Shown here: positions 1-10,730 of the stretch, piece after piece | Numbering within the stretch: position 1 is the first letter of the stretch | Layout: the number at the start of each line of letters is the position of its first letter | Assembly (NCBI GenBank): GCA_964436255.1 | Contig: CAYTBW010000005.1 | Location: 6,374-70,373, forward strand | Direction of reading: 5' to 3' | Origin: an uncultured Candidatus Saccharibacteria bacterium | GTDB taxonomy: Bacteria > Patescibacteriota > Saccharimonadia > CAILAD01 > JADZBC01 | Length of the DNA stretch: 64,000 nt | Notes under the pieces: generated by a model | What the model was told of the DNA's origin: nothing | The model's database searches: none | The model's input: the letters and a program-made list of their open reading frames with translations, nothing else | Position numbers and translations under genes: made by a program

Positions 1-41
1 TTATTCTTACATCAAACGTTTTAAGATGTAAGGAGTAAGCA

Positions 42-1130
42 GTGAGTACAGCAACAGTAGAAAAATCAGTAACGAAGAACGTAAAGGCGGAGAATACAAA
101 AGCAGTGAAAGACGATAAGACAGAATCAAAAGCACCAGGCGGGGAAAAGGCAGCACGATTGCGGGCAGTTGATCTCGCAGTAGAGCAAATCGAGCGTCAG
201 TTTGGTAAAGGCTCAATCATGAAGCTTGGTGAAGGCGCCAAGGTGCATGTAAAGACCTTCTCGACTGGGAGTTTGTCACTCGATATCGCGCTGGGTGGAG
301 GCATCCCCGAAGGCCGCATCGTAGAGATCTATGGCCCAGAATCAAGTGGTAAAACTACGCTGGCATTACACGCTGTAGCAGAGATTCAAAAGAAGGGCGG
401 CACAGCTGCATTCATAGACGCCGAGCATGCCTTGGACCCAGAGTATGCTGGCAAGATCGGAGTAAACCTAGACAATCTCCTAATCTCGCAGCCAGATAAC
501 GGCGAGCAAGCATTGGAGATATGTGAGACACTAGTACGCTCTAGTGCGGTTGATTTGGTGATCGTAGACTCTGTAGCAGCGTTGGTACCTCGTGCCGAGA
601 TCGAAGGCGACATGGGTGACGCGCAGATGGGCTTACAAGCTCGATTAATGAGCCAGGCCATGCGTAAGCTCACCGGTGTGATTAGTAAGTCCAATACTAC
701 GGTCATCTTTATTAATCAGCTACGCATGAAGATTGGTGTCATGTTTGGCAACCCAGAAGTCACTGCCGGCGGAAATGCTCTGAAGTACTACGCATCGGTA
801 CGACTCGACATCCGACGTAGCGAGCAGCTCAAAGACGGCGATACTCCGATTGGAAACCATGTAAAGGTGAAGGTTGTGAAGAACAAGATTGCCGCGCCGT
901 TCAAGGTCGCTGAGTTCGACATCATGTATAACGAAGGGATCTCTAAGGCAGGGGATATGATTGATCTAGCTGTTAAGCACAACATGGTGGTTAAATCAGG
1001 AGCTTGGTATTCGTACAAGGACGAGAAGATTGGCCAGGGTCGTGAAGCGGCAAAGACCTTCCTAAAGGAAAACCCTAAGGCCATGGAAGAGATCGAAAAG
1101 GCCATTCGTGCAGAACTAGACATTAAGTAG
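42..1130 (+). CDS. recA: Recombinase RecA
   Basis: 362 aa; Walker [13 protein letters not shown], conserved RecA core ([37 protein letters not shown]); recX immediately downstream. Confidence 0.97.
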   Translation: MSTATVEKSVTKNVKAENTKAVKDDKTESKAPGGEKAARLRAVDLAVEQIERQFGKGSIMKLGEGAKVHVKTFSTGSLSLDIALGGGIPEGRIVEIYGPESSGKTTLALHAVAEIQKKGGTAAFIDAEHALDPEYAGKIGVNLDNLLISQPDNGEQALEICETLVRSSAVDLVIVDSVAALVPRAEIEGDMGDAQMGLQARLMSQAMRKLTGVISKSNTTVIFINQLRMKIGVMFGNPEVTAGGNALKYYASVRLDIRRSEQLKDGDTPIGNHVKVKVVKNKIAAPFKVAEFDIMYNEGISKAGDMIDLAVKHNMVVKSGAWYSYKDEKIGQGREAAKTFLKENPKAMEEIEKAIRAELDIK

Positions 1131-1144
1131 CCTCCACTTGGCTT

Positions 1145-1795
1145 ATGCCGCAAATTACCAATATATCGTCACAAAGAAGAAACGCCGATATTTATAACAT
1201 AGAGGTTGATGGTAAGTTTATATGTGGCTTGGGTGCCCTCGAAGTAAGCAGCAGAGGCCTGCGAGTAGGGCAGAATCTAGAGAAAGCAGAGATTGAACAG
1301 CTTATTTTGTCCTCTCTGGGAGCCAAGGCCTATAACGCGGCGTTGAGATATCTGAGCTATCGGCCGCGTAGCGAATTTGAGGTCAAAGACTACCTGGCTC
1401 GTAAGGATTATAGTCCCGAGATGATCACTCTAACTTTAGACAGGCTTACAGGGGCACGGTTTGTCAACGACGAAGACTTCGCTCGGTCTTGGGTTCGTAG
1501 CAGACAATCTGCTAAGCCAAAATCAAAACGTGCCCTAAGTGCTGAGCTTGCTAAAAAGCGAGTACCACGCGACATCGTAGACATGGTGTTAGCCGACGTG
1601 GAGGACGAGGACGAATTATCTTCTCTAAAAGAAGTCGCCCTTAAGAAGACCAAGCTAGCCAGGTACTCTAGCGACAAACAAAAACTGACCCAGTATCTTC
1701 TAGGTCAGGGCTACAAATATAGTGATGTACGGGCTGTGCTCGAGGAGTTAGCGACTCATGACGACAAAACGGATTACAGTTCCAATAACAGCTAG
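1145..1795 (+). CDS. recX: Regulatory protein RecX-like
   Basis: 216 aa directly after recA; RecX-like helical repeat region (ALRYLSYRPRSEFEVKDYLARK...); synteny with recA. Confidence 0.65.
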   Translation: MPQITNISSQRRNADIYNIEVDGKFICGLGALEVSSRGLRVGQNLEKAEIEQLILSSLGAKAYNAALRYLSYRPRSEFEVKDYLARKDYSPEMITLTLDRLTGARFVNDEDFARSWVRSRQSAKPKSKRALSAELAKKRVPRDIVDMVLADVEDEDELSSLKEVALKKTKLARYSSDKQKLTQYLLGQGYKYSDVRAVLEELATHDDKTDYSSNNS

Positions 1796-1850
1796 CCACA
1801 TAAGAGCTACAATCAAATCACCCTCCTCACTTAGATGTAATTAGTATAGG

Positions 1851-2408
1851 CTAGGCTATGTTCTTGGGCAAGGGGATCGTAAGCGGTTTGCGTACGCGGT
1901 TGCGTAGGTCTCGTACTGTGATCTTTTTACTTTCGGCGCTAACAACATCTACAAGGTCAATGATCTGCTCTTGCTGCAGGGGGTTTCCGAAGAGCCCCGC
2001 AGTTACATATAGCTTGGCTATTTGCCAACTTGTGTCGTCAATTGCATAGTTTGTGACCTTGCCAAGTTTTTTACGACTTTCTGTTACAACGCTGCATCCG
2101 ATGGGATCGAAGTTCTGTGCTATGAGTTCCTGGTGTCGCAGCAGGTCGTCTTTGTCAGATAGCTTTTCTTCGGCATCGATGATCACGCGCTGTCCACTCA
2201 CGAAGCGAATGTCGCCCGGCATTAGGTATGACCGGCCTTGAAGTTCATCTATCGCCAGTAAGCTAATGGTGAGCTTACTGGGGTCGACTACAAAGCTGGC
2301 GATTCTGCCACATGGCATGCCAGACTGTACACTGGCTACGGTGGAGCCGATAAACTGTTCGCGAAATATAAGCATGAGCTTATTATAGCGCGCCGACAGG
2401 TTGACCAA
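1851..2408 (-). CDS. Hypothetical protein (possible PRC-barrel-like fold)
   Basis: 185-aa ORF, clean intergenic spacing; no confident family match from sequence alone. Confidence 0.4.
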   Translation of the reverse strand: MVNLSARYNKLMLIFREQFIGSTVASVQSGMPCGRIASFVVDPSKLTISLLAIDELQGRSYLMPGDIRFVSGQRVIIDAEEKLSDKDDLLRHQELIAQNFDPIGCSVVTESRKKLGKVTNYAIDDTSWQIAKLYVTAGLFGNPLQQEQIIDLVDVVSAESKKITVRDLRNRVRKPLTIPLPKNIA

Positions 2409-2528
2409 AAGCCCTTTATAAGGTAAAATAACTCGGTATTAACTAACCTTTTTGTTGTAGCGCACCTAGAGCAAAGACTACAGCAAAGGTCGACAAAGTC
2501 GGCCAAGCCAAAGAAAGGATTACAGCAT

Positions 2529-2909
2529 ATGCGTAATTATGAGATTGCTATCGTACTGCACCCAGATCTCGAAATCGATATCGAAAGTGCAACAAGCAAA
2601 GTAGAGAAGATCATTGAACTTGCCAAAGGCAAGATTGTCAAAAAAGATAACTGGGGTAAGCGCAAACTTGCCTATAAGATCAAGAAGCAAGATTGGGGTA
2701 TCTACGTGTTCTACAACGTACAGCTAGATCCGTCAGCCGTAGCCCAGATCGAAGGAACACTTCGCATTACTGAAGAAGTCATGCGCTATCTCATCGTTTC
2801 GTTAGAAAACACACGACTTGTGAGCAAAACTACTCAGCAGAACACAGAGCCAGAGCAAAAAGACGGCGAAAAAGAGAGTAAAGTAGAAAGTACTAAGGAG
2901 GACAAGTAA
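2529..2909 (+). CDS. rpsF: 30S ribosomal protein S6
   Basis: 126 aa; MRNYEIAIVLHPDLE N-terminus typical of S6; rpsF-ssb-rpsR synteny. Confidence 0.9.
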   Translation: MRNYEIAIVLHPDLEIDIESATSKVEKIIELAKGKIVKKDNWGKRKLAYKIKKQDWGIYVFYNVQLDPSAVAQIEGTLRITEEVMRYLIVSLENTRLVSKTTQQNTEPEQKDGEKESKVESTKEDK

Positions 2910-3376
2910 TGGCACAGGGATTCAACCAGGCAATCGTAATGGGCAACCTAACTCGTGACCCAGAGCTCCGAACAACGCCGAGCGGACAGTCAGTAGCAGG
3001 CTTTGCAGTGGCTACTAACCGTAACTGGACCGATCCATCGGGTGAGAAGAAAGAAGCAGTGGAGTACCACGATATTGTAGCTTGGGGAAAGCTCGGCGAG
3101 CTCGCCAGTAACTACCTTTCTAAAGGCCGCAAAGTACTCGTAACTGGTCGTTTGCAGACACGCTCTTGGGAAACTGATGGTGTAAAGCGCCAAAAGACCG
3201 AGATCGTAGCAACCGACATCAACTTCCTAGACCGAGCTGGCGACGGTGGTGGTGAATATACCCCTGCAGCGAACCAGGGCCCAACTGAAACTAAAAAGCC
3301 TGCCAAGAAAAGCGATGACGTGATCATCGAAGACATGGGCGAAGGCGAAATTAACCTAGACGACATACCATTCTAA
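2909..3376 (+). CDS. ssb: Single-stranded DNA-binding protein
   Basis: 155 aa; OB-fold SSB motifs ([21 protein letters not shown]...[11 protein letters not shown]), acidic C-terminal tail ending DDIPF. Confidence 0.95.
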   Translation: MAQGFNQAIVMGNLTRDPELRTTPSGQSVAGFAVATNRNWTDPSGEKKEAVEYHDIVAWGKLGELASNYLSKGRKVLVTGRLQTRSWETDGVKRQKTEIVATDINFLDRAGDGGGEYTPAANQGPTETKKPAKKSDDVIIEDMGEGEINLDDIPF

Positions 3377-3383
3377 GGAGAAT

Positions 3384-3599
3384 ATGATGGCAGAATACCG
3401 AAAGCAAAACCGATTCTACTCTGAAAAGATTAGTTTCATTGATTACAAAGACGTTAAGCTCTTGCAGAGATACCTAGGCCCAACCGGCAAGATCGAATCT
3501 CGCAAACGCACCGGAGCATCTATGAAGCACCAACGCATGTTGGCCACCGCACTCAAGCGCGCACGCCACATTGGCTTGCTTCCATACGTAGTACGCTAG
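3384..3599 (+). CDS. rpsR: 30S ribosomal protein S18
   Basis: 71 aa; basic protein with S18-like core ([22 protein letters not shown]...[10 protein letters not shown]). Confidence 0.9.
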   Translation: MMAEYRKQNRFYSEKISFIDYKDVKLLQRYLGPTGKIESRKRTGASMKHQRMLATALKRARHIGLLPYVVR

Positions 3600-3608
3600 G
3601 CTTAGCGC

Positions 3609-4169
3609 ATGTACGGAATCACCGATCTACGTAAAGACACGCTAATAGATATTGACGGTACGCCATACCGCGTAACGGAGTATTCACATACCCAGATGGG
3701 TCGTGGCGGAGCAACCGTGAAGGTAAAGATTAAGAACTTACTGGACGGTAGTGTACTAGAAAAGGCCTTCAAAACTAACGAGAAGATATCTCCAGCTAGC
3801 ATTGATCGTAGCCAACTCCAGTTCCTGTACGCCAATGGCAAGGACCTGGCATTTATGGACATGGCGAGCTTTGACCAGTACGAAGTACCAGCTAGTGTGG
3901 ACGATGCAGTGCTCAAATATTTCCCGGAAGGGGCAGAAATCACTGGTCTCATTTATAACGGCCAAGTTATTGGCTTTGATTTGCCCAAGAACACAGTAAT
4001 AAAAGTTACCGAAACACCAGGTGGGGCTAAGGGCAACACCAGTAGTGGCGGCACTAAGCCCGCTACGCTCGAAACAGGCATCGAGGTGCAAGTGCCAATG
4101 TTCATTAAGGTTGGTGATGGAGTGAAAGTTGATACTCGCACTGGGCAATATCTAGAACGCGCAAAGTAA
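3609..4169 (+). CDS. efp: Elongation factor P
   Basis: 186 aa; EF-P KOW/OB domains (GRGGATVKVKIKNLLDGSVLEKAFK); followed by a hairpin+T6 terminator. Confidence 0.9.
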   Translation: MYGITDLRKDTLIDIDGTPYRVTEYSHTQMGRGGATVKVKIKNLLDGSVLEKAFKTNEKISPASIDRSQLQFLYANGKDLAFMDMASFDQYEVPASVDDAVLKYFPEGAEITGLIYNGQVIGFDLPKNTVIKVTETPGGAKGNTSSGGTKPATLETGIEVQVPMFIKVGDGVKVDTRTGQYLERAK

Positions 4170-4177
4170 TACATCTT

Positions 4178-4203
4178 AAAAGGGACGAACACGTTCCTTT
4201 TTT
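4178..4203 (+). terminator. Rho-independent terminator after efp
   Basis: aaaaGGGACGaacaCGTTCCtttttt: 6-bp stem (one G-U), 4-nt loop, T6 tract. Confidence 0.6.
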
Positions 4204-4217
4204 GCTATGCTATAAGT

Positions 4218-4682
4218 ATGTATCGATCGCCCGCACACTTTTCTAGGAGTCAAGCCGAGCGTAATAATCAAATGTTGTCATGGGCTCGTGATGATAAATC
4301 CTTCTTTGCTTCAGGCGCCTGTCATATTCTGGCTTACACGTTTTTCTCGCTGCATCCAGATAAAGAACTTGAGATCGTTTTTCTGAGGCCAGCTGGTACG
4401 GCGAGTGGTGGCACTATTGGCTGCCATGCCTACGTTCGCCAAGGATCTTGGGCGTTTGATTTCCAGGGCTGGACTTTAGAATCGGAATTATTATCAGTTA
4501 CGAGACAGGATTGGCAGGATAGAGTTCCGGGTTGGGATTACACTACAGAGGTAGTAACTGATGACCTTGAGACTTTCTGTAGTAAGACAAACCATAGGCC
4601 GCCGGCCTACTTTGCCTTTTTACCATGGGCGAGAACTTACAATTATATTGCCCAGTTTGAAGACGGGCCGCCTAGCTACTGA
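4218..4682 (+). CDS. Hypothetical protein
   Basis: 154-aa ORF convergent with ychF; no recognisable domain. Confidence 0.4.
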   Translation: MYRSPAHFSRSQAERNNQMLSWARDDKSFFASGACHILAYTFFSLHPDKELEIVFLRPAGTASGGTIGCHAYVRQGSWAFDFQGWTLESELLSVTRQDWQDRVPGWDYTTEVVTDDLETFCSKTNHRPPAYFAFLPWARTYNYIAQFEDGPPSY

Positions 4683-5745
4683 ATCGAAACACGACAACGT
4701 CGCCGTCATGCATTACGTAGTCTTTGCCCTCTAGGCGAGTCTTGCCGACAGCCTTAGCTTCGGCAAATCCGCCTGCAGCAATGAGGTCATCGTAGCCAGT
4801 TACCTCGGCTTTAATAAATCCTTTTTCAAAATCAGTATGGATTACTCCAGCGGCTTGCGGGGCAGTGGCACCAACCGGAATAGTCCAGGCACGCGTTTCC
4901 TTGGGCCCGGTAGTAAGGTAGGTTTGCAAGTCGAGGATACGGAAGCTAATTTGCACCAGGCTATCAAGGCCACTTTGTTCTTGGCCAAGGCTTTGGAGTA
5001 GCTCGCTAGCTTCCTCGTCGGGTAGGTCTTGAAGCTCTGCTTCGATCTTGGCGCACAGGAACACAACGGGGGAGTTGCCAGCTAGTTTGGCTAGCTCGGC
5101 CTGTTTAGCCTTGTCGGCCAGCCCCGCTTCATCGAGGTTAAACACATAAATGAATGGCTTGGCAGTTAGGAGCTGCAGGTCGGCGATCGATTCTGGCAGC
5201 TCGCTATACGTGTGGCTAATCAACTCTCCATTATCGAGACTCGCGTTGATTTCTTGCAATTCGGCGACTATCGCACCAGCCTTAGGGTTGGTCTTTGCTT
5301 CGCGCTGTGTGGCTTCAATGCGCTTTTGCACCGTGGTAATGTCGGCTAAACACAACTCAGTTTTAATAGCATCAATGTCGTCCTGCGGATCAACTTTACC
5401 TTCTACGTGAATTACGTTGTCGTCATCAAATGCCCGCACGACTTGTATAATCGCATTTGTTTCACGAATGTTCGCGAGGAACTTGTTACCAAGTCCTGCT
5501 CCTTCAGACGCCCCACGCACAATGCCGGCGATATCCACGAATGTTACAGTTGCGGGTAGGGTGTCGATGGAGCCGGATATGCCAGCGAGCTTTGCCAGGC
5601 GCTTGTCAGGCACTGCTACAATACCAACGTTTGGTTCGATTGTGGCGAACGGATAGTTGGCTGCTAAAATGTTGTTTTTGGTTAGGGCATTAAATAGCGT
5701 GGACTTACCGACGTTTGGTAGACCCACGATGCCGAGGGATAGCAT
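4672..5745 (-). CDS. ychF: Ribosome-binding ATPase YchF (Obg-family GTPase)
   Basis: 357 aa; N-terminal P-loop GIVGLPNVGKSTLFNALT, G-domain + C-terminal TGS-like region. Confidence 0.9.
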   Translation of the reverse strand: MLSLGIVGLPNVGKSTLFNALTKNNILAANYPFATIEPNVGIVAVPDKRLAKLAGISGSIDTLPATVTFVDIAGIVRGASEGAGLGNKFLANIRETNAIIQVVRAFDDDNVIHVEGKVDPQDDIDAIKTELCLADITTVQKRIEATQREAKTNPKAGAIVAELQEINASLDNGELISHTYSELPESIADLQLLTAKPFIYVFNLDEAGLADKAKQAELAKLAGNSPVVFLCAKIEAELQDLPDEEASELLQSLGQEQSGLDSLVQISFRILDLQTYLTTGPKETRAWTIPVGATAPQAAGVIHTDFEKGFIKAEVTGYDDLIAAGGFAEAKAVGKTRLEGKDYVMHDGDVVVFRFSS

Positions 5746-7300
5746 CTAAACCCACCTTTTCACTAATAGGTACTTTGATTGATCCATAAATTCTTACTTC
5801 CATCTTGTTAATTATGACCTTGTCGATGAGATTCCTCACTATTGGCAGTTTATCCGCTCCATCAAGCTGTGATATATGCTTGATTGCCGCCTCAGATAGC
5901 TCATCACAGTTTATATCAGATTGGTGCAGCTCATCAACTCTAGTCTCATTTTTTTTGCCGAGTTCTAATCGCAAACTCTTTATCTCATTTAGCTGTGAGA
6001 TGAGTTCGTGGTCTGTTATTCGGCCGGATCTATGGCGCTCATAACAATCAAGTTCCCTAGAGTCCAATTCGGCTCTAGCCCTACTATTATTCGCATTAGG
6101 CTTGGGCGCTCTGACCGTTGGCCTATTCTTGAGCCACTCCGATGCTAGTCCTGCGACGTATTCGTGATTAAAAAGCTTCTGAATCTCTCTCCACACTAGC
6201 TCGTCAATCATGGAGACTTTTTGCCCTCGCTCGGCACAAGTGGCGGGGCGAGGGAAGGAGTGCATCTTTTCATTGCACCTGTAATAAGAGAATCCATTTC
6301 CGGCAGTATCGCCCCTTCTAGTGTGTCCGCATGAGCAGTAGGTGAGTCCGCGCAATAAGTACTCGCGCTTAGTGTTCTTACGGCTGAACTTCTTGTTCTC
6401 TTCAAGGATGTCTTGAACCCTGTAAAAAATTTCATCGTCTAATATCTTTGGAATCTCGATTGAAATCCATTCGGACTCAGGTCTCGTTCGCCGGCTATTC
6501 TTCTTAATCCTTTTGTACGTCGTGTCTGCCCCATATTTAACGTCACCCACAACAGACTCCCTTTTATTGTATGCGTGCTGGCCAATATAGCTCTTGTTTC
6601 GAACTAGCCTCCTGATTGTGCTTTGCGCCCACGTCTCACTCATTCGCTTAGGAGGAGCGATTTTTTCTTGATCGAGTTTTCGTACTACGTCGTTGAGTGA
6701 GAGGTGATCTCTGACTATCCATGAAAAGATGTCACGTACAATTTTAGCCTCCCCCTCGTTAACCTGGAAGAACCCATTTTCTTTATTGCCTGATGTCCTT
6801 GAAATAGGGATATAGTCGTACCCGTACGGGGCATTGTATCCAAGTAGCTCCCCCCGCTTTACTTTTGATAGTTTCCCAAGTCTGAATCTCTCAGTAATCT
6901 TAGTGCGTTCATACTCTTGGAATAGCCCTAGAAAACTTTGTGTCATCTTCTCCTCGGGGGAGTTGCTTGTGCCATCTTTTAGGCTCGTAAACTCTATTCC
7001 TAGCTCTCCAAGTTCGCTGATAATGATTTCTTGGTGCACGAAGATTCTGGACAACCTACCTCTGTCATAGACATATACGGAATCAAATTTTTTAGATCTT
7101 GCATCCTGTCTGAGTCTATCGAGGCCGGGCCGTTCTAGTAGGGTACCGGTCCAGCCATCATCGCAGTAAATATTATCCTCGAGTAAAGCGAGGCCATCAC
7201 TTGAAATTCGCTTCATTATCTCTTCAAGTTGGACCTGGATGGTCTCGTCCTGCTCTTGCTTGGCAGTACTGACCCGGGCGTATAGGGCAGCTCTATTCAT
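5705..7300 (-). CDS. Large serine recombinase (phage-type integrase)
   Basis: 531 aa; resolvase catalytic N-domain (ALYARVSTAKQ active-site Ser), recombinase domain, Cys-rich zinc ribbon (CSCGH...YYRC), C-terminal coiled coil; 3' end overlaps ychF start by 41 nt. Confidence 0.9.
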   Translation of the reverse strand: MNRAALYARVSTAKQEQDETIQVQLEEIMKRISSDGLALLEDNIYCDDGWTGTLLERPGLDRLRQDARSKKFDSVYVYDRGRLSRIFVHQEIIISELGELGIEFTSLKDGTSNSPEEKMTQSFLGLFQEYERTKITERFRLGKLSKVKRGELLGYNAPYGYDYIPISRTSGNKENGFFQVNEGEAKIVRDIFSWIVRDHLSLNDVVRKLDQEKIAPPKRMSETWAQSTIRRLVRNKSYIGQHAYNKRESVVGDVKYGADTTYKRIKKNSRRTRPESEWISIEIPKILDDEIFYRVQDILEENKKFSRKNTKREYLLRGLTYCSCGHTRRGDTAGNGFSYYRCNEKMHSFPRPATCAERGQKVSMIDELVWREIQKLFNHEYVAGLASEWLKNRPTVRAPKPNANNSRARAELDSRELDCYERHRSGRITDHELISQLNEIKSLRLELGKKNETRVDELHQSDINCDELSEAAIKHISQLDGADKLPIVRNLIDKVIINKMEVRIYGSIKVPISEKVGLDAIPRHRGSTKRR

Positions 7301-7502
7301 TTTCTATCGGTTGAACCTTAATCGTCGAGTTTTCGCCCAGGTATGTCTGGAGATCATCGTGGCTGATTCTATAATTTCTACCGACTTTGAGGGCCTTAAG
7401 TCGCTTAGCTTTAATTAAATCAAGTACGGTCTGCCAGTGCACTTTCATGAGCCCGGCGACTTCTGCAGTAGTGTAATATTGTGGGATGCGAGTTCGTCTC
7501 AT
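7293..7502 (-). CDS. Excisionase-family HTH DNA-binding protein
   Basis: 69 aa; helix-turn-helix of excisionase/MerR type (YYTTAEVAGLMKVHWQTVLDLIKAKRLKALKVGRNYRI); overlaps recombinase start. Confidence 0.75.
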   Translation of the reverse strand: MRRTRIPQYYTTAEVAGLMKVHWQTVLDLIKAKRLKALKVGRNYRISHDDLQTYLGENSTIKVQPIENE

Positions 7503-7658
7503 AATTTAGAACTAAGTAAAACCTAGTATTACCTCCTAATAATATGGTTATGCTACTTTGAAGTCAAGTTCATATATATCTTGCAGAATATCTTATTTAG
7601 TTCCGCATCGAGCAGAGCTTTTGATGGCTCTGCTTCGACGGAAACGATAGGCGTCTTG

Positions 7659-7826
7659 CTAGTCATTCTGGTTTGAGGTGAAGACATAGCCATGTACTCT
7701 CATATACTCATTCATTACCATTGTGACTAGCTCGCGCATAGAAATGTCTAGATCTATAGCCATATGCTTTATAGCTCTGTGCTCTTGTTCGGACACTCTT
7801 ATTGGCTTGCTTTTGATGTTATACAT
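7659..7826 (-). CDS. Ribbon-helix-helix (CopG/MetJ-like) protein
   Basis: 55-aa ORF not in supplied track; strong RBS GGAGTAAGGGAGA-ATG; RHH signature KPIRVSEQEHRAIKHMAIDLDISMRELV; hairpin terminator downstream (7600-7640). Confidence 0.5.
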   Translation of the reverse strand: MYNIKSKPIRVSEQEHRAIKHMAIDLDISMRELVTMVMNEYMRVHGYVFTSNQND

Positions 7827-8203
7827 TCTCCCTTACTCCTTGTTAATTTGTTTACAGTAATAACGCCAGGGGGATAGCCCTCCCTCGTACTCTGGTTCTG
7901 AAGTGGTGGGGCCATCTCCAGGAATGCTGTCCTGGTCATTTGTCCCACTTCGTCACCGTCATAGTCGGTCGGCCAGCAAATCCTAGATTTCTCTACCTCT
8001 TGCTGGTAAGGCCCTAAGTGCCTTTGCACTCATTAAGGAGTTTGTATATATACAGTCTGTTTCGTTGGTATTAAATTCACACAATATTTTTAGGACTAAA
8101 TAAAAACTAGTGAAACGAGCGAAGAACTGTCACTATATATACAAATTTTTATGACGCAAGGTGGTTGATTTTAAAAACTTATGACTTAGAGTAATATGTA
8201 TTA

Positions 8204-9433
8204 ATGAGTGAAGTAGTAAAGAAGGATCGACATATCAATAAATGGGGCACTAAGCGTATAGTAATTCTCGCCGCCATTTCAGGCATTGTAATTACTCTTC
8301 TGGGTTATCTCCTGACTGCGTATTACCAAAAATGGCCACCATTCAAACCCGAAATAGCACGCTATGTTGTCGTGAAGTCAGCAGGGCTAGAATCCAACAA
8401 TATTAAGTCCTTATATCGGGACTATGGTGGGGCAGTTCTATACGCTATAGCGGATACGTCATTGTATAAGAGTAGCGATGAGGGCCTTACATGGAGGAAC
8501 ATCTCATCGAAAATTGAGTCTCCTGAGGAACAATATGCAAGTAAATTAGTAGTTACCCCAGATGCTATATTCGTGCTCAATGGCACCAGAGTTTATTACA
8601 GTAAAGATAAGGGGGAAAGCTGGAAGCCAGCCTCCCCAAATAACATTTATGTAAAGAATTTTGCCGCCAGTCCTGCTCACCTAGCTCTTCAATACTCCGA
8701 GAGCGTAATCCGTGTGATAAGCACAGTTGATGTGATTGATTATTCGACAGATTCGGATATGGCGTCCGTCTGGCAGGATTATTCAAAGGTGATAAGTACA
8801 CCAGAATCAGTATATACGTGTGAGCCTTTTGATGATCCAGTTAACTGCCCATCTGACAATCTAGTCTCGTCCAATCAAAGCGTCCTGTATTTAACAGATG
8901 ACAATTCACTATACAGGCTGTCGCAAGGCCTAGACAAGAGCTCTGAGGAGCTTAAGCTCAAAGACCAGATAACTTGGGAGCAGATCAAAGGCTTTTATGA
9001 ATCGGGCAAGAGCGTAGGGGCGACTGGCCGACTACTAAAGGACCCTTTTGTCTTTACTGCACGAAAGATTACCTCATCCGATCTAAGCAAATATCAACCC
9101 GAAGAGCTAATGATGCTCCAAGGCGGCTCGGCATGGAAGTCCCTGGGCTTTTACCCAGAAGGATGTGATGATAAGGCAGTGAGAATCGCTTACCGAGCCT
9201 ATTGTTTTGAAACTTTAACAGATGAGATACTCATTAGGACTTTGTCTGCAAGCACTAAGGGTGGCAAGGCCAACCCTGTCGCCAGGGTAGAAAAAGGGAG
9301 TCTCTCTAACGACCCTGTAGCGGTTATGGCGCTCGGCACAGGAGAACCAGTCAGCGCCTTACCCAAAATGGTCTGGGCAAGCAAAGACCAGGGTCTATTT
9401 GTTTTGAGCCCTGTAGAACAGGCGTCAAAGTAG
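8204..9433 (+). CDS. Membrane-anchored BNR/Asp-box repeat protein
   Basis: 409 aa; N-terminal TM (IVILAAISGIVITLLGYLL); Asp-box motifs SSDEGLTWRNI, SKDKGESWKP. Confidence 0.6.
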   Translation: MSEVVKKDRHINKWGTKRIVILAAISGIVITLLGYLLTAYYQKWPPFKPEIARYVVVKSAGLESNNIKSLYRDYGGAVLYAIADTSLYKSSDEGLTWRNISSKIESPEEQYASKLVVTPDAIFVLNGTRVYYSKDKGESWKPASPNNIYVKNFAASPAHLALQYSESVIRVISTVDVIDYSTDSDMASVWQDYSKVISTPESVYTCEPFDDPVNCPSDNLVSSNQSVLYLTDDNSLYRLSQGLDKSSEELKLKDQITWEQIKGFYESGKSVGATGRLLKDPFVFTARKITSSDLSKYQPEELMMLQGGSAWKSLGFYPEGCDDKAVRIAYRAYCFETLTDEILIRTLSASTKGGKANPVARVEKGSLSNDPVAVMALGTGEPVSALPKMVWASKDQGLFVLSPVEQASK

Positions 9434-9651
9434 GCAGACTACTTTGAGCGTACCCCCATCAATAAATTCTATAAGCTGTAAAGTGTCATCTAATTTCGTT
9501 TTTTCGTCCGTCTGGGGTGTTTGTACCTTTTCGGAATTCAAACGATTTTAAAGGCCTTGTTCTACCTGTAAAGAATTCTTAGAATCGATTTCTATTAGTT
9601 CTTGTATGCCTTCATAGATATTGCTAATTCTGTGATAGTATATGCCTAACT

Positions 9652-10566
9652 ATGAAGACTAGACCAGCAAGCAGAAGATGGTACTCTTACGTTGGTAGGA
9701 TTCTGCTTGGAGTTGTTCTATCACTACTGCTTGTTTTTGTCTGCGCACGAGCGACTGAACTCATTGGAGGATTTAGCTCCGTTGGCGGAGAAGTGATGTC
9801 AAAAGAGCAAGAGTCCCAGTATTTATTCATTTTGGTCACCTTATATGGCCTTATCACTGCAGCATTTCTATTAGTTGCATTCATAAAAAGGCATTTTCGC
9901 TTAACCTCCGTAGTTGTCGCCATGACTTGGCTGGGTGGGCTAATTCTTACTGGCATCGTCATGGTGTTCCAGACTTCTGAGCCATACCGATATAGCGCAA
10001 TAACTCAAGCAAAACAGTGCACAGCAATAGTACTAACGGACCAAGGGCACGGCAGCGGTTTCTCAGTTAAGCCGGGGTACTTGTTGACCAACTACCATGT
10101 CGTACAGGGTTCTACAAACTTAAAAGTTTATGCCAATCAAGAATTACCAGCGTCAGTAGTCGCATATTCTGAGGCCGAAGACTTAGCGCTACTCAAGATG
10201 TCTGAGGAAATACCGACATGCGCATTGGCTGATTCTAGTACTTTTAAATTGGCTGAAGAGCTATATATTGTTGGGTGGCCGAACAGCCCCTATGGGGAAT
10301 CTACGGTAACTAAAGGGATTTACTCTCGTATGATTGACGAACAGCAGGCTAGTAATGAGCTTGGATTCGGGTATGTAAAGCTAATTCAGACAGACGCAAG
10401 CATTAACTCAGGAAACTCTGGAGGTCCCCTAGTCAACTCCAGGGGCGTAGTGGGGATGAATACAGGAAAGCTCGTAAGCCAAGATGAAAGTGATTCTGTC
10501 GAAGGTATTGGTTATGCTATAAGCGCTGAAAACATCCGAGCCTTCATCGGGAAAAATATGCCCTAG
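9652..10566 (+). CDS. Membrane-anchored trypsin-like serine protease (S1C/HtrA-like catalytic domain)
   Basis: 304 aa; three N-terminal TM helices then GSGFSV...TNYHVV (His), DLALLK (Asp), GNSGGPLVN (Ser) triad. Confidence 0.8.
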   Translation: MKTRPASRRWYSYVGRILLGVVLSLLLVFVCARATELIGGFSSVGGEVMSKEQESQYLFILVTLYGLITAAFLLVAFIKRHFRLTSVVVAMTWLGGLILTGIVMVFQTSEPYRYSAITQAKQCTAIVLTDQGHGSGFSVKPGYLLTNYHVVQGSTNLKVYANQELPASVVAYSEAEDLALLKMSEEIPTCALADSSTFKLAEELYIVGWPNSPYGESTVTKGIYSRMIDEQQASNELGFGYVKLIQTDASINSGNSGGPLVNSRGVVGMNTGKLVSQDESDSVEGIGYAISAENIRAFIGKNMP

Positions 10567-10730
10567 AGGGCTAAATAGTTAGCTCCTCGAAACTTGTAGC
10601 CAAATTCTTTGCGGTATGCCTGCTCTAGGTCCGATGGATCTGCTATTTGGGTAAATCTTCCACACATACGATGATTATTCCACCAAGATAAACCATCGTT
10701 TAGCCATCAGCGATCTGATAATATACCAAC

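Noticed and set aside
7799-8029. 76-aa minus ORF
   Set aside because: It overlaps the RHH gene start and AT-rich promoter DNA, with no RBS.
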